Assembly (NCBI GenBank): GCA_046260155.1
Contig: JBJYXV010000063.1
Span: 105,037 to 169,036 of the forward strand
Reading direction: 5' to 3'
Length of the DNA stretch: 64,000 nucleotides
Source of the DNA: Anaerolineales bacterium
Lineage (GTDB): Bacteria > Chloroflexota > Anaerolineae > Anaerolineales > UBA4823
Of the stretch, positions 56,881 to 64,000 are shown piece by piece (positions within the stretch are counted from its first letter, which is position 1; each line of letters opens with the position of its first letter). A program made the position numbers and the translations under genes. Under the pieces are notes generated by a model. The model was not told where the DNA came from. It ran no database searches and was given only the letters and a program-made list of their open reading frames with translations.

Positions 56881-58230
56881 TTAATATTTAACGACTTCGT
56901 CTGTGATTTCCAAGGCGCTATCAATTACTTTAATGCCTTCCTCTATTTGCTCTTCGTTGATGATCAGGGGGGGGTTGACCATGATCACATTCCAATGGAT
57001 GAAAGTAAATACACCGTGATCAAGCAAGTATTGTTTTACCTTGTTCATCTCCGGTGATGAATCATTATAAACTGCCATCGGTTCGCGGGTATCCCTATTT
57101 CTCACAATTTCAATTGCACTGAAGAGCCCGAGGGAGCGCACCTCTCCTACAGATTGATGCTTTTCGCCTAGATTATTGAGATGGTGTCTGAGTACAACTC
57201 CCATTCTTTGAGCATTATCAACGAGACGATCTTCTTTCATCACATTAATATTTGCTATGGCAGCCGCGAGGGAAATTGGATGGGAGTTGTAAGTTAATCC
57301 ACCAAAATAAACGCGATCATTGAAAAATTCTGCAATTTCATCACGCATCGCGACTGCACCTAAAGGCGCATATGCCGATGTCAGGCCTTTTGCCATGGTC
57401 ATTAAATCTGGAACGACATTCCAATGATCGACAGCAAACCATTTTCCAGTTCGTCCAAAGCCGCTCATCACTTCATCACAAATCAAAAGAATTTCATTTT
57501 TATTGCAGATTTCCCGCATTCCTTGCAGGTACCCTTCCGGCGGGATGATAATTCCATTGGTCCCAGTAACAGTCTCGACAACGACCGCTGCGATAGTTTC
57601 TGGTCCTTCGTATTGGATAATCTCTTCGAGATGATTTAAGTAATCCTGGCTGAATTCTGATTCACTGATCTCTGGATTTGTACGGTGGAATGTGGACCGG
57701 TAGCGGTATGGATCGAGAAAATGAACAACACCAGGCATGAGATTTGGTTCCCAAGCTAACCTGCGAGGGTCGCCAGTTAATGCCATGGCACCGGCTGTTG
57801 CACCGTGATATGACCGATATCGGGCCAGGATCTTATGTTTGCCAGTATAGGCACGAGCTATTTTTATCGCATTTTCATTCGCTTCCGCCCCACCGAGGGT
57901 GAAGAAAAAATAGTTGAGATCACCAGGTGTGATCCCGGCTAATATCCTTCCCAGCACTGCTCGGGGTTTGCTTGTCAGCGAAGGGGCGATGTATGGCAGC
58001 TCGCGCGCTTGGTTGGCGATAGCTTCGATTACGCGTTCGTCGCCATGGCCAATATTCACACACATCAACTGGGAGTTGAAATCCAGGTAGCGTTTACCAT
58101 CAGTGTCCCAGAAATATACTCCTTTTGCCCGGGAAACCGGGATGGGGTTTACGCTTCCTTGGGCAGACCAGGTCCAGAAGCTGTGTTTGAGCGATTCTTT
58201 GAGAATTTCGGAATCTGGAATATCTTGCAT
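56881..58230 (-). CDS. Class III PLP aminotransferase (omega-amino acid:pyruvate type)
   Basis: DFNSQL..VNIGH, GAEANENA, SYHG.T, DEVMSGFGRTG, MAKG. Confidence 0.92.
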   Translation of the reverse strand: MQDIPDSEILKESLKHSFWTWSAQGSVNPIPVSRAKGVYFWDTDGKRYLDFNSQLMCVNIGHGDERVIEAIANQARELPYIAPSLTSKPRAVLGRILAGITPGDLNYFFFTLGGAEANENAIKIARAYTGKHKILARYRSYHGATAGAMALTGDPRRLAWEPNLMPGVVHFLDPYRYRSTFHRTNPEISESEFSQDYLNHLEEIIQYEGPETIAAVVVETVTGTNGIIIPPEGYLQGMREICNKNEILLICDEVMSGFGRTGKWFAVDHWNVVPDLMTMAKGLTSAYAPLGAVAMRDEIAEFFNDRVYFGGLTYNSHPISLAAAIANINVMKEDRLVDNAQRMGVVLRHHLNNLGEKHQSVGEVRSLGLFSAIEIVRNRDTREPMAVYNDSSPEMNKVKQYLLDHGVFTFIHWNVIMVNPPLIINEEQIEEGIKVIDSALEITDEVVKY

Positions 58231-58393
58231 AATATCCTCTTGGAAGGTGTATTTTTTGTGCTGCTGATCGTATCATAATATGAGTAAAAATTGACAGATC
58301 CAAGTCGTCTGGTTACAATTTGCTTGCTATTACCGGTTGGCAATTCGAACTTCTTATTTGCAATCACTCAACAATCTTTATAAGGAGCCTCAT

Positions 58394-58846
58394 ATGTATG
58401 GTTTTTTTCTAGCTGTTCATAATATTTTACGCTGGATTGTACTGATTCTGGTAATTGTTGCTCTGATCAGGGCTTATTGGGGTTGGTTTGGTAGGAGGGA
58501 TTGGACTCCAACAGACAGGAAAATTGGTATGTTCTACTCCATTTCCCTTGATATTCAATTACTGTTAGGATTAATTCTATATTTCTTTCTCAGCCCCATA
58601 ACGAAGATTGTATTCAGTGATTTAAGTTCTGCACTTGCAAATTCCGGTTCCCGGTTCTTCGCCCTTGAACACGTCCTGATCATGGTTTTAGCAGTGATTT
58701 TAGCTCATGTTGGGGTTGCAATGGCAAGGAGAACAGAGGATGCGGTCCTAAAACACCGCCAGGCAGCAATCTGGTTCAGTCTATCATTAATTGCCCTTCT
58801 GCTTGGAATGCCCTGGTTCAGACCTCTTCTTCCAGGATTTAGCTAG
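58394..58846 (+). CDS. Four-TM membrane protein with conserved-looking His residues
   Basis: AAGGAG SD; HN..RW, QL.LG..LY, EH...M, H, PW. Confidence 0.75.
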   Translation: MYGFFLAVHNILRWIVLILVIVALIRAYWGWFGRRDWTPTDRKIGMFYSISLDIQLLLGLILYFFLSPITKIVFSDLSSALANSGSRFFALEHVLIMVLAVILAHVGVAMARRTEDAVLKHRQAAIWFSLSLIALLLGMPWFRPLLPGFS

Positions 58847-59014
58847 GCTCGAATAACCAATTGAATTTGGATCATTTTTGTTCTTTCAGGTTCTGGCTAT
58901 GATCCATTCTAGATAAGCGAATGAAAATCGGGGACTGAAATCCTCAGGGGTATAATCGCGCTAGAATCTATAATATTTTAATGACCTTGAGAAAATGAAA
59001 TGGGAGACCATCAT

Positions 59015-61228
59015 ATGGCCACAATCGGTCAATCAGTTCTTAGGAGAGACGCCCTGGGTAAAGTGAAGGGAGAGACTCTTTATCCAGGTGACATCAATTT
59101 ACCCAACCAGCTGTACATGAAAATACTCTTCGCTGGAAGACCGCATGCACTCATCCACAAAGTTGACACACAGAAGGCTGAAGCGGTCGAAGGGGTATTA
59201 GCTGTATTAACCGCGCGAGATGTTCCTGTAAACGAGTATGGATTAATCAAGCCCGATCAACCGGTTCTGTGTGGACCGGGTTCGGATAAACCATTCGCAG
59301 ATAGAGTGAGATTTGTTGGCGATCAAGTCGCGCTGGTGATTGCTGAGAGCGAGGCGATTGCTGAGCAGGCACGGGCCTTGATCGAGGTTGAATATGAGGA
59401 TTTACCCGTATTAACCAACCCGATCAGGTCCATGGACGAACACGACCGGCTGATCCATCCAGATACAGAGTCAAATGTTTTCTGTCATTACCGCATCAGG
59501 AAGGGAGATGTGGATTCTGCATTTTCCCAGGCAGATGTGATCCTGGAGCAGGAGTATCATACCCCAGCTCAAGAGCATGCATATCTGCAACCGGAAGCCG
59601 GGTTAGGCTATATAGATGATCAAGGCCGGGTTACTGTGGTTGTTGCAGGCCAGTGGACGCACGAGGACCAAGAACAAATTGCCCATGCGCTTGACCTGCC
59701 TTTGGAGCAAGTTAGAGTGATCTATCCAGCCATTGGTGGTGCATTCGGTGGTAGAGAGGATATGTCTGTTCAAATTGTCCTGGCTTTAGCTGCCTGGCGG
59801 CTGCAACAGCAGGGAATCAATCGACCTGTAAAGATTATCTGGGATCGAGAAGAGTCGATCATTGGCCATCATAAGCGCCATCCCTATGTGATCAAAGCTA
59901 AATGGGGAGCAACGAAGGAAGGGAAAATCACCACCGCAGAAATGACGGTGATCGCAGATGGTGGAGCATATGCTTATACCTCGACGAAGGTTTTAGGTAA
60001 TGCACATCTCATGTGCACCGGACCGTATGAGATCGATAACGTCAAAGTGGACAGTTATGCAGTGTATACCAATAACCTTCCTGGAGGTGCCTTTCGAGGT
60101 TTTGGTGGACCTCAGGGTGCGTTTGCTGCAGAATCGCAAATGAACAAGCTGGCAGAAAAGCTGAAAATTGATCCGGTTGAACTACGGATGCGAAATATCT
60201 TACAGGAGGGAAGTTTATTATCAGTGGGTACACCTCTTCCAGCAGGTGTGTCATTACCCGAAGTCGTAACGGAATGTGCGCGAGCAGCAGGCTGGCAGTC
60301 GGGTGAAACTGGCTGGAGCAAGGAAGTAAAACCATCCCAACCTGCAGCAAAATATTTAAAACGGGGTAGTGGTTTTTCCTGTGCGTATAAAAACGTCGGA
60401 TTCTCATTTGGGTTTGTCGATCAGTGCTGGGCAACAGTGGAACTGCATGGTAAAGCTCAGATCGAAAAAGTCATCGTGCATCATGCCGGTGCAGATGTTG
60501 GGCAGGGGACGCATACAGTGATGGCCCAGATAGCAGCGGATATGGTTGGCGTGCCGTTGGAGCGTGTTGAAATGATCGTTTCCGACACGGCAACAACTGA
60601 TAATTCGGGCAGCACGTCTGCATCCAGAATGACCTTCGTGGCTGGAAATTCGATCCGGGGAGCCGCAGAATTAGCGCTGCAGAAGTGGCAGGAGGAGGAT
60701 CGCCCCGCGATTGGGAGATACCAATATATTCCTCCCCAAACAACCGCCCAGGATCCAGAAACAGGATATTGTGAACCTAACTATTCTTATGGTTATGTCG
60801 CCCAGGCTGTTGAGATCCAGGTTGACACAGAAACTGGGCATATCCAAGTATTAAATGTGACTTCTGCCAACGATGTGGGGAAGGCAATTAACCCTCAACA
60901 AATCGTCGGGCAGATAGAAGGAGCAGTCGTTCAGGCTGCAGGTTATGCAATCCTGGAAAATTTAGTTCAAGAAAACGGGTATGTGCAAACTCCCCATCTA
61001 TCGACCTATCTGATTCCAACGGTGCTTGATATTCCTGAAAAGATTGAATCGCTCGTCCTTGAATACCCTGATCCCAGGGGACCTTTTGGAGCAAGGGGAA
61101 TGGCAGAGATGCCCTTTTTACCTTTCGTACCAGCGTTGGTTGCAGCTGTGTACGAGGCGACAGGCGTTTGGTTTAATGAATTCCCTCTCACCCCAGAACG
61201 AGTGCTGCGCGGATTAGGGAAAATCTAG
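59015..61228 (+). CDS. xdhA: Xanthine dehydrogenase-family molybdopterin-binding subunit
   Basis: QEHAYL.PE, GGAFGG, AFRGFG.PQ, GQG, SASR, GQIEG, GMAE. Confidence 0.88.
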   Translation: MATIGQSVLRRDALGKVKGETLYPGDINLPNQLYMKILFAGRPHALIHKVDTQKAEAVEGVLAVLTARDVPVNEYGLIKPDQPVLCGPGSDKPFADRVRFVGDQVALVIAESEAIAEQARALIEVEYEDLPVLTNPIRSMDEHDRLIHPDTESNVFCHYRIRKGDVDSAFSQADVILEQEYHTPAQEHAYLQPEAGLGYIDDQGRVTVVVAGQWTHEDQEQIAHALDLPLEQVRVIYPAIGGAFGGREDMSVQIVLALAAWRLQQQGINRPVKIIWDREESIIGHHKRHPYVIKAKWGATKEGKITTAEMTVIADGGAYAYTSTKVLGNAHLMCTGPYEIDNVKVDSYAVYTNNLPGGAFRGFGGPQGAFAAESQMNKLAEKLKIDPVELRMRNILQEGSLLSVGTPLPAGVSLPEVVTECARAAGWQSGETGWSKEVKPSQPAAKYLKRGSGFSCAYKNVGFSFGFVDQCWATVELHGKAQIEKVIVHHAGADVGQGTHTVMAQIAADMVGVPLERVEMIVSDTATTDNSGSTSASRMTFVAGNSIRGAAELALQKWQEEDRPAIGRYQYIPPQTTAQDPETGYCEPNYSYGYVAQAVEIQVDTETGHIQVLNVTSANDVGKAINPQQIVGQIEGAVVQAAGYAILENLVQENGYVQTPHLSTYLIPTVLDIPEKIESLVLEYPDPRGPFGARGMAEMPFLPFVPALVAAVYEATGVWFNEFPLTPERVLRGLGKI

Positions 61229-61266
61229 GGATTTCTATGATCCATCGTTTCCAGGGCTAAATTTTT

Positions 61267-62085
61267 ATGTTTGACAACCACCAAATTGTCTTAATTCGCG
61301 GCGGCGGTGATTTGGCAAGCGGGGTAGCATTGCGATTGTTCCGGGTGGGGTTCAGGGTAGTAATAACGGAAATCGATCAGCCGCTTGTCATTCGCCGGAG
61401 TGTCTCTTTTGCTGAAGCCGTGTTCAAGAAAATCACGAAGGTCGAAAATGTGACCGCGCGTATCGTCACCTCTATCATTGAAATTGAATCAGCTTGGGAT
61501 GGGCGTGAGATACCGGTGATCGTTGACTCGCAGTGCGAGATTATCTCCACGCTTGAGAATACAGGGTTGTTCCTTTCAGCTCTGGTAGATGGGCGCATGA
61601 CCAAAAAGCCACCTTATCTTAAGCGGGGGATAGTTCCGTTTATGATCGGATTAGGCCCAGGCTTTGTTGTGGGTGAGAATTGTGACGCCATTGTTGAGAC
61701 AAATCGAGGACATTATTTGGGCCGAGTTATTTGGGAGGGGAGCGCGCTGCCGGATACTGGAGTGCCTGAAGGGTTTGGAGATCGATATCATGATCGCGTC
61801 CTGCGCGCTCCTGATGAGGGGTTATTTAACTCTGAAAGAGAGATCGGCGATCAATTAAATCCCGGTGACCTGATCGGAGAAGTCAACGGGCAAGAAATAC
61901 GCGCAAATTTCAAGGGGGTGCTTCGTGGATTGCTGCATTCTGGGATCTATGTTCCACAGGGCATGAAGATTGGTGATCTCGATCCCAGGAATGATCCGCA
62001 GTATTGCAGGTTTGTTTCCGATAAAGCAATGGCGGTGGCAGGTGGGGTATTGGAAGCGATCATGTCAAGATCAAACTCGAGCTGA
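61267..62085 (+). CDS. yqeB: Selenium-dependent Mo hydroxylase system protein (EF2563/YqeB C-terminal domain)
   Basis: IRGGGDLASG, RR.VSF.EA, GLGPGF, ETNRGH.LG, KIGDLDPR, SDKA.AV.GGVLEA. Confidence 0.93.
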   Translation: MFDNHQIVLIRGGGDLASGVALRLFRVGFRVVITEIDQPLVIRRSVSFAEAVFKKITKVENVTARIVTSIIEIESAWDGREIPVIVDSQCEIISTLENTGLFLSALVDGRMTKKPPYLKRGIVPFMIGLGPGFVVGENCDAIVETNRGHYLGRVIWEGSALPDTGVPEGFGDRYHDRVLRAPDEGLFNSEREIGDQLNPGDLIGEVNGQEIRANFKGVLRGLLHSGIYVPQGMKIGDLDPRNDPQYCRFVSDKAMAVAGGVLEAIMSRSNSS

Positions 62086-62099
62086 GATCCTTCCTGTTC

Positions 62100-63464
62100 A
62101 TGATGGATATCCAGCAAGCTCTTCGACTTCAACCTGGAGATAGTATTTCATTCAGTGGAGCGGGGGGGAAAACAACAGCTTTGTTCACCCTTGCTCGAAA
62201 GATAACTGCGCCAGTTATTGCCACAACAACGACCCATTTCAGCAAAGACCAGCTTGGTTTCGCAGACCGGCTTATCGAAGTGAGCAATTCCACTAAATTC
62301 CAGGATATCGAAAATTTACTTGAACCCGGAATCAACCTGCTGGTTGGTAAAGAAGTCGAGCACGGCCGGTTCCGAGGAGCTTCGGACGAATTACTTGCCA
62401 CGATTTATAAATTTACAAAACAGCACGGGATGAACCTGCTCATCGAAGCGGATGGTTCAAGAAAACACCCACTGAAAGCCCCGGCAGGACATGAACCGGT
62501 GATCCCACCATTTATTGATATTGCTGCTGTCGTCGCAGGATTATCCGCCCTGGGGAAACCATTAGCAGCTCATAATGTGCACCGGGTTGAGAAATTTGCA
62601 GAACTTGCAGGGATAAAAGTGGGGGATGAGATTTCTTCCGACGCACTTGCAAGAGTATTGAATCATGAAGGTGGAGGCCTCAAAGGAATTCCGGATTCTG
62701 CCCGGAGGATTTGTATATTGAATCAAGCTGACAGTCCACAGCTTCTCTCACAAGGAAAACATCTTGCAAGATTATTGCTTTCAAAATACCAGGCAGTGCT
62801 TATCACTTCGTTCCTTGACCTGATCAACAACGGTGATCAGGAAGGAGGGTCTTTAGATCACACGGAGGGAATTTATGCGGTTCACGAACCAGTGTCTGCA
62901 ATTGTTTTGGCGGCAGGTGGATCTTTGCGGTTGGGCAGGCCAAAACAGTTGCTACCGTGGAAAGGGAAATCACTTATCCGCCATGTCGTGGAAAGGGTGA
63001 TGATGGCAGACTTGGCCCAGATTACTATTGTGCTCGGGTCTTTCCACGAAGAAATTAGATCTGAATTATCAGGCTTACCAATAAATATTGTCATGAATCC
63101 CCAATGGGAATCAGGACAGAGCACTTCGATCCAAGCTGGTTTATCTTCAATTCCGGAGACCATTGGCGCGGTTATTTTCGTCTTAGTGGATCAACCCCAT
63201 GTACAAACAACCCTGATCCGATCCCTGGTTGAGAGGCATGCAACGACGCTTGCGCCAATTATTGCTCCTCTGGTGGATGGAAACCGTGGTAATCCAGTTC
63301 TCTTCGATCGAACGACCTTCAAAGACTTCTTTTCAATCCGTGGAGATAAGGGTGGACGAGAATTATTCTCCCGTTATCCAGTGACTTGGCTTGAGTGGCA
63401 TGATCCATCTGTTCTTGACGATATCGATACGGAATCCGATTATCAACGAATGTTGTCCGAGTAA
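62100..63464 (+). CDS. yqeC: YqeC-MocA (Moco cytidylyltransferase) fusion
   Basis: GAGGKT, TTTTH, EADGS...PLKAP..HEP; then LAAG.S.R.G.PKQL, DQP, GNPV.F, GD.GGR, DIDT. Confidence 0.92.
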   Translation: MMDIQQALRLQPGDSISFSGAGGKTTALFTLARKITAPVIATTTTHFSKDQLGFADRLIEVSNSTKFQDIENLLEPGINLLVGKEVEHGRFRGASDELLATIYKFTKQHGMNLLIEADGSRKHPLKAPAGHEPVIPPFIDIAAVVAGLSALGKPLAAHNVHRVEKFAELAGIKVGDEISSDALARVLNHEGGGLKGIPDSARRICILNQADSPQLLSQGKHLARLLLSKYQAVLITSFLDLINNGDQEGGSLDHTEGIYAVHEPVSAIVLAAGGSLRLGRPKQLLPWKGKSLIRHVVERVMMADLAQITIVLGSFHEEIRSELSGLPINIVMNPQWESGQSTSIQAGLSSIPETIGAVIFVLVDQPHVQTTLIRSLVERHATTLAPIIAPLVDGNRGNPVLFDRTTFKDFFSIRGDKGGRELFSRYPVTWLEWHDPSVLDDIDTESDYQRMLSE

Positions 63465-63575
63465 GCCAAAATTGCCACGGAATTTCGTCAACTCTTGAAT
63501 TAATGTTAAACTTATGCTATGTTGGTCGTCAAAAATTCTGACCAGGAAATTGTATAAGATTATTTTGCTATTATT

Positions 63576-63977
63576 ATGATTACAAATTCCTTGAATGTGG
63601 TAATTATTGAGGATGAGCCTGATACTGCTGAAATGTATGCAGAGATGCTGCGTCTCAGTGGTTACAATGTGGTTAAATATTTTGGTGGACTTGCTGCAGT
63701 AGCCCAGATTCTTGACCAAAAACCCGCCGCAGTGGTACTTGACCTGATGATGCCGGATTTATCCGGCCTGGAAGTTTTAAACTATATTAAATCACAGCAA
63801 GATCTAACCAAAATTCCGGTGATAATTGTTTCAGCTAAGACCTTACCTGAGGACATTGAAGCAGGCTTGAAAGCTGGAGCGACAGCATACCTGACCAAGC
63901 CGGTATCTTACTCGAAATTAAAAACTGCAATTGATGATGCGATTTCTGGTTCAATAAATGATGATGGTGAGAATTAA
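63576..63977 (+). CDS. Single-domain response regulator
   Basis: IIEDE, LDLMMP, VSAK, KP. Confidence 0.92.
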   Translation: MITNSLNVVIIEDEPDTAEMYAEMLRLSGYNVVKYFGGLAAVAQILDQKPAAVVLDLMMPDLSGLEVLNYIKSQQDLTKIPVIIVSAKTLPEDIEAGLKAGATAYLTKPVSYSKLKTAIDDAISGSINDDGEN

Positions 63978-64000
63978 TGGATGTGATACGGGCTTTTATT
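63977..64000 (+). CDS. Start of next gene, MDVIRAFI..., resembling a 2H phosphoesterase (ThpR) N-terminus; truncated by window edge
   Basis: TAATG overlap with the regulator; only 8 codons visible. Confidence 0.4.

Noticed and set aside
2405-63719. Numerous 60-170 aa ORFs nested in or antisense to long genes
   Set aside because: Shadow frames of well-supported CDSs, without motifs of their own.
1-64000. In-frame UGA selenoproteins, prompted by tRNA-Sec
   Set aside because: TGA-ending ORFs look full-length for their families and catalytic Cys motifs are ordinary Cys; no split ORF pair was seen. A SECIS scan was not run.
1-64000. CRISPR array, transposase, integrase, prophage or defence island
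   Set aside because: No regularly spaced repeats or mobile-element motifs found; genes next to both tRNAs are ordinary chromosomal genes.

Overview
Gene-dense chromosomal window with moderate GC and no transposase, integrase, phage or CRISPR signal. Protein style and gene content suggest an Anaerolineae-like Chloroflexota bacterium (inference). From left to right it holds: a thiolase end, folK, a SpoIIAA-like gene, folP, acnA, surE and envelope genes; a TPP-riboswitch operon (thiN-thiB-thiP-thiQ-DUF402); an 8-gene signalling operon (DUF4388, MglA-like GTPase, alpha/beta hydrolase, LbH protein, REC-degenerate GGDEF, GAF/PAS kinase, REC, Ser-less hydrolase paralog); tRNA-Asn, tRNA-Sec and glnA. 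The last ~25 kb is a catabolic region where F420 genes (npdG, cofE, cofD, cofC, PPOX and LLM reductases) are interleaved with a selenium-dependent molybdenum-hydroxylase/purine set (ssnA, ygfM-like, xdhD-like, xdhC, FAD-FeS fusion, xdhA, yqeB, yqeC-mocA). Best candidates for undescribed systems are (1) an F420-driven variant of reductive purine catabolism and (2) the GTPase/pseudo-hydrolase signalling operon. All calls come from motif recognition by eye; no searches were run.
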